From Trichodesmium erythraeum IMS101 (lineage in GTDB: Bacteria; Cyanobacteriota; Cyanobacteriia; Cyanobacteriales; Microcoleaceae): DNA of 32,000 nt. Both the position numbers and the translations under genes were made by a program. The DNA lies in the NCBI RefSeq assembly GCF_000014265.1, contig NC_008312.1:4410001-4442000 (forward strand), written 5' to 3'. Below, in pieces: positions 10,915-20,304 of the stretch. The notes under the pieces were generated by a model. It was not told the DNA's origin. It worked only from the letters and a program-made list of their open reading frames with translations, and did not search any database. Position 1 is the stretch's first letter; each line of letters opens with the position of its first letter.

Positions 10915-12678
10915 GTGCAGTTACAAACTAAAGTAAGCATCAAGCAAGCTACTGGTGCCTTTGCACTAATAGATAGTCTTAAGCGCCATGGAGTTAAACA
11001 CATATTTGGCTACCCAGGTGGTGCTATTTTGCCCATCTATGATGAACTTTACCGCGCAGAAGCAGCAGGAGACTTACAACATATCTTAGTCCGACACGAA
11101 CAAGGAGCTTCCCATGCCGCTGATGGATATGCCCGTGCTACTGGTGAAGTAGGTGTATGTTTTGCTACATCCGGTCCTGGAGCAACAAACCTAGTAACAG
11201 GTATTGCTACTGCTCATATGGACTCAATTCCCATGGTTATAATTACAGGGCAAGTAGGCCGACCAATGATTGGTACTGATGCCTTCCAAGAAACAGACAT
11301 TTATGGTATTACCTTACCCATAGTCAAACATTCTTATGTCGTCCGAGACCCCAGGGATATGGCCAGAATTGTGGCTGAAGCATTCCATATTGCTAGTACA
11401 GGTCGTCCAGGTCCAGTTTTGATTGACATACCTAAAGATGTGGGATTAGAAGAATTTGAGTATGAACCAGTAGAACCTGATTCTATCACACTACCTGGAT
11501 ATCGTCCCACTATAAAAGGGAACCCTCGCCAGATTAATCAAGCAATTAATTTAATCCAAGAAGCACGTCGTCCTTTATTATATATAGGTGGTGGTGCAAT
11601 TTCTGCTAGTGCTCATGGAGAAATTCAAGAATTAGCAGAACGTTTTAATATTCCTGTGACTACTACATTGATGGGTAAAGGTGCTTTTAATGAACATCAT
11701 CCCCTATCAGTGGGAATGTTAGGAATGCACGGCACTGCTTATGCCAACTATGCTGTGAGTGAGTGTGACTTGTTAATTGCTGTTGGTGCTCGTTTTGATG
11801 ACCGAGTCACAGGAAAGTTGGACCAATTTGCTTCTTACGCGAAAGTAATTCATATTGATATTGACCCCGCAGAAGTGGGTAAAAACCGGAGCCCTGAGGT
11901 TCCTATAGTCGGAGATGTGCGCCAAGTTTTGATCGATATGCTAGAGCGTTGTCAGAAGATTGATACTAATGTTAGTTCTAATCAAACCCAAACTTGGTTA
12001 GAACGTATTAAACGTTGGAAACAAGATTATCCATTAGTTGTTCCCCACTACTCAGATAGTATGTCGCCCCAAGAGGTGATTGATCAAATAGGTAAAATGG
12101 CTCCAGATGCTTACTATACTACTGATATTGGTCAGCACCAAATGTGGGCAGCTCAATTTCTCAAAAATGGTCCTCGGCAATGGGTTTCTAGTGGAGGTTT
12201 GGGCACGATGGGTTATGGGATGCCTGCTGCTATAGGTGTGAAAGTAGCACTGCCAAACCGAGAGGTGATTTGTATTAGTGGTGATTCTAGTATTCAGATG
12301 AATATTCAGGAGTTGGGTACTCTGGCCCATTATGGTATTAATGTTAAAACAGTGATTATTAATAATGGTTGGCAGGGTATGGTGCGCCAGTGGCAACAGG
12401 CATTTTTTGGCGAGCGTTATTCTTCGTCTAATATGGAAGTAGGAATGCCTGATTTTGTTAAGTTGGCTGAAGCTTATGGGGTGAAAGGGATGATGATTTC
12501 TCATCGTGATCAGCTCAAGGAGGCGATAGAGGAAATGTTAGCATACGATCAACCTGTTTTGATGGATGCTCATGTGACCAGGGATGAAAATTGTTATCCA
12601 ATGGTTGCTCCTGGTAAGAGTAATGCTCAAATGATTGGTTTACCTATTCGCAAACAGCTTGAGCAAGCGGTGGAATAA
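10915..12678 (+). CDS. ilvB: Acetolactate synthase (acetohydroxyacid synthase) large catalytic subunit
   Basis: 587 aa with a GTG start. Thiamine-diphosphate enzyme blocks: [42 protein letters not shown], and the ThDP motif [15 protein letters not shown]...[12 protein letters not shown]. Confidence 0.93.
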   Translation: MQLQTKVSIKQATGAFALIDSLKRHGVKHIFGYPGGAILPIYDELYRAEAAGDLQHILVRHEQGASHAADGYARATGEVGVCFATSGPGATNLVTGIATAHMDSIPMVIITGQVGRPMIGTDAFQETDIYGITLPIVKHSYVVRDPRDMARIVAEAFHIASTGRPGPVLIDIPKDVGLEEFEYEPVEPDSITLPGYRPTIKGNPRQINQAINLIQEARRPLLYIGGGAISASAHGEIQELAERFNIPVTTTLMGKGAFNEHHPLSVGMLGMHGTAYANYAVSECDLLIAVGARFDDRVTGKLDQFASYAKVIHIDIDPAEVGKNRSPEVPIVGDVRQVLIDMLERCQKIDTNVSSNQTQTWLERIKRWKQDYPLVVPHYSDSMSPQEVIDQIGKMAPDAYYTTDIGQHQMWAAQFLKNGPRQWVSSGGLGTMGYGMPAAIGVKVALPNREVICISGDSSIQMNIQELGTLAHYGINVKTVIINNGWQGMVRQWQQAFFGERYSSSNMEVGMPDFVKLAEAYGVKGMMISHRDQLKEAIEEMLAYDQPVLMDAHVTRDENCYPMVAPGKSNAQMIGLPIRKQLEQAVE

Positions 12679-12752
12679 TTACTTGCAATAATTGTAACTC
12701 TGAAAATGTTGCTACTAATAATTTTTGTCCTAAATGTGGCAATAAATTTTAA
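12663..12752 (+). pseudogene. Start-less zinc-ribbon fragment (CxxC-x12-CxxC)
   Basis: An open frame just after the ilvB stop reads [29 protein letters not shown]-stop. It has no ATG/GTG/TTG start and is bounded upstream by TGA at 12660-12662. Confidence 0.3.
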
Positions 12753-13740
12753 TTAGACATCTCCAAAAAAGAATGTAGGGATGTTTCATCGAAGACCCCT
12801 AAAAGGGTTTTAGAAAAGAATATTTAATTTCTGGAGATGAAAGAGTACATTTTTTTGATATCAGAGAAAATTTCTGTGGGAGTGAAGTGTTACCAGAAAC
12901 CTGGTTTATAGACCACCTAAAAGTATCTCAAGAAATTTAGGCGATACTACTAACACAATGCTTGAGATTTCATGCCGCTCAGGGAAACGTTTATTTCTTA
13001 AGTATGAGACGGACAAAACAAAAATTGACCAAGACTATAGTATTTTCTAGAGTCCCCATTAATTTTTTTGGTCAAGCTCAAACATATTTCCATTCAAGAG
13101 TTGGTTATGTACCATAGATAATCTAGATCGCTTTGACTCGAACAAATCCTGTTTTTCTGTTTTTCCATCTGTTTTCTTTTTCTGCTTTTGATGGTTTCGG
13201 CGAGGTTGACGAGGAAATCTTGGTAATAATTGACGGATAAATTTTCTTGAACTTGAGAACTCTTTTTTTCAGGGTGCTATCTATAGTCAACTTGCGATAG
13301 TTATTTTAGGAATTTTGATGTGGTAATTATTTAAAGTAGTTGATATTGTCTGATAATATTTTAATTAATCGGAGATATCAGATACTGATGCTTTAGTACA
13401 ATGGTTAAAAGTTGCTAATCCCTAATTATAAACATGGCGCGCAATTTTTGTGTGTTTAGCAAGTATTGTTTGATGCTGATTATTAACTTTTAACCTGGTT
13501 TTGATTGACTTAATATTTATTGTTTATCTACCTCTAATAAATCTCTAAAATTGATTAAATTAGATGAAAAAAATGTACAATTTATGTACAATATTGAATT
13601 ATTATATAATTATTTAGACTTAGTAATTAGCATTATCTTATCATACATCTTTTCTCTCTATTTCCTACTTCTTAAAACTCTAAATATAACCACTATAAAA
13701 ATTTAGAAATTACTGTATTAAATTCAAATGTAAAAACTTT

Positions 13741-14211
13741 TTATACTTCCCCTGTCAAAGCATCAGTAAATGGGTCTGGCAAAGCCTGTTGTATTTCCAT
13801 TTCTTCATTATCTTTATCATAATTTTTAACAGATAAATTATCACTATTTATATTTTTTTTTAAAATATGTCTACTATTTTTCCGCCGACTATAATCCTGT
13901 AATCTCAGCAATTCATCTTGATAAACAGAGATAATTCTGGTTAGAGACTCAGCTACTTCATCCCAATTTTCATCATCTACAATTTTTTCCGCAATACCTT
14001 GGAATAAATCCCCTGTTTGGTTTTTTTGAACATACTCTTTTAATAACTTCCCAGATTTTTGTAAAGCTGCCTGATATGCCTCTCCATCAGACCACCAAAG
14101 TCCAGGCTGGTTTAATAACCAAGTTAAAATATATTCTTGAGCGTGTTGTTCTTTTACCCAATTAGCAAGATACTTTAATTCATCCATATATTCCCTCTTT
14201 AATTTTATCAA
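13741..14211 (-). CDS. Hypothetical protein (acidic, no recognisable family)
   Basis: 156-aa ORF with an alternative start at Met9. I recognise no motif. Coding is judged only from ORF length in AT-rich DNA and protein-like composition. Confidence 0.45.
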   Translation of the reverse strand: MIKLKREYMDELKYLANWVKEQHAQEYILTWLLNQPGLWWSDGEAYQAALQKSGKLLKEYVQKNQTGDLFQGIAEKIVDDENWDEVAESLTRIISVYQDELLRLQDYSRRKNSRHILKKNINSDNLSVKNYDKDNEEMEIQQALPDPFTDALTGEV

Positions 14212-14748
14212 TTAAAAACTACTTTAGTTCAGTTTATATAGTTTTTTTTCAGGTGCCAAAACAATCTTCTAAACATAAAGGCCACAGTATGAGACTGAAC
14301 TAAGTTTGTAAACTTCTGACCTTGAGTGGGGTCTTTATGTTATCGTAATGTTTTTTCGGTTCTCAATTCAACAAATTGATAAATATTCAGTACTTACCAC
14401 TGCCCGTTAGGTAAATAATTAACAGACAAGTAGCTGCAAGATAAGAGTTTTATTATTAACCCCTTATAGATATTATGGCGGAATTAGATGCTTTATAAGC
14501 ATTTATAAGGATGTTTTACTTTAGCTTTTGCTCTTTCGCCTATTAGATTTGAGACTTTTCTAATTATAGGTTTTCAACCTACTTGATACTGATCAAAAAA
14601 GGGGGTTATAGGGAGTATTTTCAACCTTTTTTTCTTATTGCTTCTTCCCACTATAAATGAGAATACTCAAGAATTAAGAGTTGCTCAAGAGTGGGTATGA
14701 TGATGGAAAATAGCGATCGCTTTTCAAATCAACTTATTAAAATTAAAA

Positions 14749-15725
14749 ATGATGCAATGTCCTAAATGTCAATCAGATCAATAAAGATGGTCATAAAAAA
14801 GGAAAACAAAACTATATTTATGTCCATTGTGGCCGAAAATTTATATGGCCTACATTCCTCAGGACGAAATGCAATATCAAAATATAAGTCCAAAGTCAAC
14901 CCCCCTTTATTCCGCCAAGGGGGGGGGGAAGTGACCACAATTTAAAGAAAATTATAGTAGTCAATAAGAGTTAACAATTTAGTAAGTATTTATACTTAAA
15001 ATTTTTCTGAGAATTTGACTCCTAATCAAGATAAATGAAGATAATTTTTCTAGTATAAATACTTAAGCAAGCTACAGCTTTTATACTAATTTTTATGTTA
15101 GAAATTGAAGTACGGAATGTGGGATAGAATTTTAGGAGCCTGGTAAAGGTTACTCTCAAGATTCAAAAAAAAGACTGTCTAAAAATGTATGAAAATGGGA
15201 TGGGATGAGAAATTGATTGACAAATCAAAGAAAGTATGATAATAAAAACACATTAATTTTGTGTGGCCAAGTATGGAAACTCTCACCTGATCTTTATGAC
15301 CCAGAGGAAGCTCCAGAGGTGGGAGAACTAGATGAGTTGGAAACATTTATAGGATCAATTTCAGCAAAATTTGGCTATAGATAACATGGACGACTTTAAA
15401 TGGGGTATTTTAGGATAGGTTTTAGGAGACTAATGTGCCTAAACTTTGACTCCATGATGGGAAGTTATTAATAAATTGAAGTCCTATTTTTATGTGACAG
15501 ATGGATGGAAAGTTTACCCAAACTTTATTCAGAGCTTGAGATCACATTATTAGTAAAACATATATGGTTTAAGTTTGTTGGTGAAAATACTAGATTAATA
15601 ATATATCTCAAGCCAAAGTGATATCGTCAAACTCTGTGTTATTTTATCCTCAGCATAAATGCTCAGATATTCTATTCAATTATTAATTCACTATCTCAAA
15701 TTTAGAGATGTGCTAACTCCTTATT
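14749..15725 (+). mobile_element. Decayed IS1-family insertion sequence (InsA/InsB-like remnants with many stops and frameshifts)
   Basis: Translated fragments match cyanobacterial IS1 transposases. They include MMQCPKCQSDQ-stop, GHKKGKQNYI.VHCGRKFI (zinc finger), PGKGYSQDSKKK, SPDLYDPEEAPEVGELDELETFIGS and YFYVTDGWKVYPNFI. DHIISKTYM, GENTRL and LIHYLKF also match. The fragments are spread over all three frames. Confidence 0.75.
14850..15122. mobile_element. Candidate ~270-bp nested insertion (MITE-like) inside the IS1 remnant
   Basis: About 290 nt separate the RKFI and PGKGYS segments, which are only a few codons apart in intact IS1 transposases. Imperfect terminal inverted repeats: ACATTCC (14852-14858) and GGAATGT (15114-15120). 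Internal hairpin CCCCCCTT (14900-14907) / AAGGGGGG (14917-24), with a G10 run at 14919-14928. Confidence 0.35.
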
Positions 15726-15849
15726 CAAATAATACAAATTATCTGATAGTGAGAGCGATCGCAACTTTTATAATATCATACTTTAATTGAGCAAATTATA
15801 TTTCCTAAAACCCGAATTACTATTAATAACGGCGTTAGATGTCAGGTCT

Positions 15850-17274
15850 CTACTTCCTCAAAAAAACGACAATAATTAAACTACAAATTAACACTATCGG
15901 CACTACTGGCAGAAATCCTAAAGCCCAACTTTTAGGAATAATATTTACCTGAAAACCAATAACTGCTATTTCTCCAAAAATAATGGAAATTATACAACTC
16001 AAAGGTGAAATATTTTTCCCATATAAAGCGGCAATAACTGTGGGAAATAATACTGCTAAACCTGTAAAAGCTTGAGTAGCGATCGCTGCAATTGTTGCCG
16101 GAGGATTTGCTGCTAAAATCAAACCAATTATTGCTAAAATAACAATTAAAATTTTGCCCACAAAAGTTTGTTCTGTCAGGGTTGCTTGGGGGCGAATATA
16201 AACAATATAAATATCCCTAGTAATCATAGAACTTAATGCTAAAAGTTGAGAATCAAGGGTTGACATAAACGCTGCTAAAGCTCCTACCATTACTAATGAA
16301 GCCATGGTAGTTGAGGTATATTCAGCTAACATCATGGGAAAAATTTTATCTGCTTCTTTTCCAACTAAATCAGGAAAATTAATATGACCCCACATTCCAA
16401 TTAAAACAGGGCAAATAAACATTATGCAAGTAATTAATGGATATAAACTAGCAGAAAGTTTGAGGGAATTAGGATTTTTAGGAGTATAAAAGCGCATAAA
16501 CATTTGGGGGAACATCGGTACACTTAAACCCCAAAGCAACATATAACTAAACCATTTGTGGGGAGTGAAAAAATCATTGGTACCAGAACGAGAAAAAAGC
16601 TCTGGTTTGAGTTTATGAACAGTTTGATTAGCTTCAGTCAAGCCACCGAGACTTTGGGAAATAGTCACTACTGCAACTATCATTAAAATCAACATTAATA
16701 CTCCTTGTAAAACATCGGTTAAAGCTACACTTTTCATTCCCCCGATAAACACATATAAAACAATGATGAAAGTTAAAAAAGCTGCTCCCCAAAAATAGGG
16801 AATTTGCCCATTAGTTAAATTTTCAATCATATAACCCCCACCAATTGGTTGTAGGGTTAAATAAGGTATGGTAAAAATTACCATCACGGCTAAAAATATT
16901 AGTTTTAGTGGTTGACTTGGGAGGCAATTTGCGATTAATTCTGAGGGAGTAATTAAACCTTTTTCTTTACCTAAAAGCCAAACTTTATAACCGATAAAAT
17001 AAAATGTAATTCCGACAAGGGCCGTACCAAATCCTATCATCGGATAATAACTTATACCAATACGATAACCAGCACCAGAAAGTCCGAGAAAAGCAAAGGC
17101 ACTAAAGTTGGTAGCAATGAGGGTAAAAAATAGAACTATGGAACCGATTTTTCGCTCTGCTAGAAAGTAATCTTCTGGTGTATTTTTTTGGCTACGATAA
17201 CCAATAATTCCGATGACTAAAGTCAGGAGTAAATATGCACTAATAAATAAGTAGGGAATTAGGTTTTTGATCAT
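15850..17274 (-). CDS. Sodium:solute symporter family (SSF) transporter
   Basis: 474 aa, hydrophobic throughout with many TM-like segments. The overall pattern is typical of SSF (PanF/PutP-like) permeases. Its start lies 2 nt after the stop of the small membrane ORF upstream. Confidence 0.85.
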   Translation of the reverse strand: MIKNLIPYLFISAYLLLTLVIGIIGYRSQKNTPEDYFLAERKIGSIVLFFTLIATNFSAFAFLGLSGAGYRIGISYYPMIGFGTALVGITFYFIGYKVWLLGKEKGLITPSELIANCLPSQPLKLIFLAVMVIFTIPYLTLQPIGGGYMIENLTNGQIPYFWGAAFLTFIIVLYVFIGGMKSVALTDVLQGVLMLILMIVAVVTISQSLGGLTEANQTVHKLKPELFSRSGTNDFFTPHKWFSYMLLWGLSVPMFPQMFMRFYTPKNPNSLKLSASLYPLITCIMFICPVLIGMWGHINFPDLVGKEADKIFPMMLAEYTSTTMASLVMVGALAAFMSTLDSQLLALSSMITRDIYIVYIRPQATLTEQTFVGKILIVILAIIGLILAANPPATIAAIATQAFTGLAVLFPTVIAALYGKNISPLSCIISIIFGEIAVIGFQVNIIPKSWALGFLPVVPIVLICSLIIVVFLRK

Positions 17275-17276
17275 GA

Positions 17277-17504
17277 TTAATTTTCCTCTTCAGTTTCAGA
17301 TTTCCAGAAAGTTTGAGAGAAGATAAAAAGAGCACAGGCGAGGATAATTTGCAAAGTAATAAAGTAGAAAACCCAGGGTGGGAGATGGAGAAATGAAAAG
17401 GAAATTGTTTGTTTCCATGACCAGAAGTCTAGGGAAAGTAGGAAAATTATGGTGAAGCAAAAACACCAGAAATAGGGAGATTTGAAAATCTTGAAGTTGT
17501 TCAT
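17277..17504 (-). CDS. Small two-TM membrane protein, DUF3311-like partner of the SSF transporter
   Basis: 75 aa with two hydrophobic helices. It sits immediately upstream of, and is probably translationally coupled to, the symporter. Small DUF3311 proteins commonly occupy this position. Confidence 0.6.
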   Translation of the reverse strand: MNNFKIFKSPYFWCFCFTIIFLLSLDFWSWKQTISFSFLHLPPWVFYFITLQIILACALFIFSQTFWKSETEEEN

Positions 17505-17649
17505 ATCTGAAAAATTGTGATAAATTATTTGTTGGATATAGCCTAACTTTGAATGATTGAACCTCGATTAATTTTACTTCCTATAATTATGATATAGTAT
17601 AAAGAGAAATGCCTAAACCGACAGACATATTAAGGAGTTAATCAAATGA

Positions 17650-17907
17650 ATGAATGCTTACAAAAAATATGTAATAATTGATAATCCTCAGCAGTTAGTT
17701 TTATCAGATTTGCCATTTTCAGCAGGTCAAAAAGTGGAAATCATTATTTTAGCTGAAGAACAGAACGAAGTTGATAGTCAATTAGAGGAATTACGCCAAA
17801 AAATTGATGGCGCAACTGAGCAAATTTTAGCAGGGAATGTAACAGATGGCGAATTAGTTTTTGAGCAGTTACAAGCTAGATTAAAAAATGAATATGGATT
17901 AGAATAA
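17650..17907 (+). CDS. Putative type II antitoxin (orphaned)
   Basis: 85 aa and acidic. Its stop overlaps the ATG of a downstream stub (TAATG at 17905-17909), as in toxin-antitoxin operons. AAGGAG lies upstream at ~17632. Confidence 0.45.
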   Translation: MNAYKKYVIIDNPQQLVLSDLPFSAGQKVEIIILAEEQNEVDSQLEELRQKIDGATEQILAGNVTDGELVFEQLQARLKNEYGLE

Positions 17908-17978
17908 TGGTAAAGTACAAATTTTCTGAGGATGCAATATTTTTTCCTTCTATTATTTTCTGGCTTGGTCTGGATTAA
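17907..17978 (+). pseudogene. Truncated ParE/RelE-like toxin stub (23 codons)
   Basis: MVKYKFSEDAIFFPSIIFWLGLD-stop. The first ~10 residues resemble the ParE/RelE N-terminus (M.YK..FS..A); the rest is unrelated and terminates early. Confidence 0.35.
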
Positions 17979-18202
17979 TTATTATCTATTAGTTAGTTAA
18001 GTAAGTGCTAAAATTATTCCTCAAAACCTGCTTTAGCAAGACATTGGATATAAATTTTTGTGGCAATGTCTACTGCCAATAAATAAATTTCTTGGCTCGC
18101 AACAGAAGTCATGTTTAGATGACTAATTACCATTATTTGCTATAATACTCAATAAAAAATAATTGACAAAGCTCAATTTTATCTAGTTAAAAAAAAAGCT
18201 CA

Positions 18203-18339
18203 ATGCTTGCCAAACAACTTTATCATAATACTGTAAAAAAAGCAGGAAAATTTTTATAGCTGAAGCTGGTTTTCCCCTGTTTAGTTTTGATGTTTTGATG
18301 GAAAAAATTATTCAATGGAAACCACAGTTCGACTCTTAG
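18203..18339 (+). pseudogene. xisH: xisH remnant
   Basis: MLAKQLYHNTVKKA (18203-) matches the XisH N-terminus (M.AKD.YHN.VK.AL). After a stop or deletion, the tail LFSFDVLMEKIIQWK... resembles the XisH C-terminus. Most of the gene is missing. Confidence 0.5.
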
Positions 18340-18341
18340 AT

Positions 18342-18587
18342 GTAGAGGGGTGGCGCGACACTCTCTCAAAAATTTTGCCATACTATGCTGATATTTATTA
18401 CTGCTATGGTGATGTGAAAACTTTTGTAATTATTAGTCAAGAACACAACCATTTTATGTTACTTCATTAAGGATGGGAAAATCGTCGTCATGTTTATGGT
18501 ACTATTATTTATGCAGATGCTGAATTTAACTGTAGTTTGATTTTTTGTCAACTCAGGGAATATTTATTGAATGATACTAGATTTTAA
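18342..18587 (+). pseudogene. xisI: xisI remnant with in-frame stop
   Basis: The frame reads ...LSKILPYYADIYYCYGDVKTFVIISQEHNHFMLLH-stop(18468-18470)-GWENRRHVYGTIIYADA.... This matches the XisI core (D.E.DHY.L...GW.N..R.YG..IH.D). The C-terminal part diverges. Confidence 0.55.
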
Positions 18588-18759
18588 TTGGTGAGGCGAT
18601 CGCTTTCACCTGAGTCCTTACGAATTTATGGAAATTTCTTCACCTTATTTCTTTCTCTTTTAGAATGTTGTATAAAATGTCTCTACCTATTACCTAATAT
18701 TTGCTAGAATAAATTTTTAGATAGGGTTTTTATAACTTCTTTATTTCTTCTTTCATAAT

Positions 18760-19377
18760 ATGTCTTACAGTGAATTTACTCTCTCACAATTAGAATCTGA
18801 ATTTAATCTTATACTTCAGCAAAGAGTAGAATTATTCAAGTCAATAGAATCTGTAAATCCTAGTGCTTTACTGAAAGAAATTTTAGCTGAAAATATTCCT
18901 TTAGCATTAGAAATTGATACAGAAAAAGCACGTTCTGAATTGATTATTTCTCCAATTATAGTCGAACTTAGAAAATATTTTAATCGCCAAATTAGTTTAT
19001 TTTCTGGAACAGAATTTAATGTAGATAAATCTAAAGGATTAACAGGAAGATGTGACTTTTTAATTAGTTATTCTCCCAAACAATTAGAAATAACTGCCCC
19101 TGTGGTGACAATTGTTGAGGCAAAAAACGATAATATTAAATCTGGAATAGCCCAATGTATAGCAGAAATGCTCGCTGCTCAGTTATTTAACCAACAAAAA
19201 AACAATCAAATTTCTTGTATTTATGGAATTATTACAACTGGCAGTAATTGGAAGTTTTTAAGGCTGAGAAAAAACCAAGTTGATATTGAAGCATGGGAGC
19301 ATTTTATTGGTAATTTAGAGGATTTATTGGGGATTTTAATTTACATAATTAAAGAGGCAGTAGGGTTCAAAAATTAA
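18760..19377 (+). CDS. Hypothetical protein with a PD-(D/E)XK nuclease-type motif
   Basis: Intact 205-aa ORF. The motif GRCDFLIS...(x22)...IVEAKND fits the D...(D/E)xK restriction-endonuclease-fold signature. It resembles the small HSDR_N-like proteins common in cyanobacteria. Confidence 0.55.
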   Translation: MSYSEFTLSQLESEFNLILQQRVELFKSIESVNPSALLKEILAENIPLALEIDTEKARSELIISPIIVELRKYFNRQISLFSGTEFNVDKSKGLTGRCDFLISYSPKQLEITAPVVTIVEAKNDNIKSGIAQCIAEMLAAQLFNQQKNNQISCIYGIITTGSNWKFLRLRKNQVDIEAWEHFIGNLEDLLGILIYIIKEAVGFKN

Positions 19378-19544
19378 CAATTACCTATTCTGTTAATATA
19401 GCCAACTTTTTTTCAGGATAAACAGTAATTTTTTCAAGGAAAGTCAATATATTTATAGCTGAAATTATGAGGAGTATGAATATATTTGTTATAGAAATAT
19501 AAGCTACTAATTTTCTATAAAAATAGGGTATTTAGTTGATTACT

Positions 19545-20116
19545 TTAGAGGGATTTTGAGAGTAGTATCCTGATAGTTATGGTCGATTTTAATTAAGTAA
19601 CGGAGAGATTTTTCAACTGCAAACTACTGGAACCCATGAAAAAGTAGCTGGTTTTCTGGCTTTGGAACTAGGTGTGGAAATTAAACGCTTAAACTTGCCT
19701 TTTTTTACCCTATACAGGAATTAATTAAAGCTATATATTCCGATAAATATGCTTATATTTCTGAGGTGATGGTTTTGGATAAAAATGCTATGGCTCAGGA
19801 GTCAATGTGGAACAAGCGATCTACTATTACTAAAGGTATGAGTATTAAATTAGCGGAAGAAGTAGTAAGTACTAATTGGCAAAATAGTTATTTAATTAAG
19901 CTGACAGAATATGAAAAGTTAGGTATAAACGAATATTGGATAGTTGATTATTTAGGGTGGGGAGGTAGGCGCTATATTGGAGACTTGAAACAAGCAACTA
20001 TTTCGGTTTATAATTTAGTTGAAGCTGAATATGTGCTGAATTTATTTAGATATCAAAATGTGGTGGCTTCACCTACTTTTCCAGAACTTAATTTGATTGC
20101 TGAACAAATTTTTTAA
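19545..20116 (+). pseudogene. Uma2-family (DUF820) endonuclease, disrupted
   Basis: The C-terminal 116-aa ORF (19766-20116) carries the Uma2 blocks GINEYWIVDY and FPELNLIAEQIF. The N-terminal half is in another frame with stops: LEGF-stop, Y..F-stop-LSNGEIFQLQTTGTHEKVAGFLALELG...LYRN-stop. Confidence 0.65.
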
Positions 20117-20195
20117 GTTGGACAGTAGGAGTGTTATAAAAATAACGGGGAATAAGAAGTTAGCTAGTCTATGAAAACGGATTTAGTATTATCAT

Positions 20196-20250
20196 TTAGC
20201 TAAAGCAGAATATATGCTAAATTTATTTAGAGGTGAAGATCATGTTTTTT
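20196..20250 (+). pseudogene. Second short Uma2 C-terminal fragment
   Basis: LAKAEYMLNLFRGEDHV parallels LVEAEYVLNLFRYQNVV of the gene just upstream, with clear nucleotide similarity as well. Confidence 0.4.
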
Positions 20251-20304
20251 TACTAATAAGTTCCCTAAAGATTAGTATATTGAAAATGATTTACTAAAAG
20301 CTAT

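Noticed and set aside
12052-12504. 150-aa minus-strand ORF inside ilvB
   Set aside because: It is an antisense shadow of ilvB with an implausible His/Thr/Ile-rich sequence.
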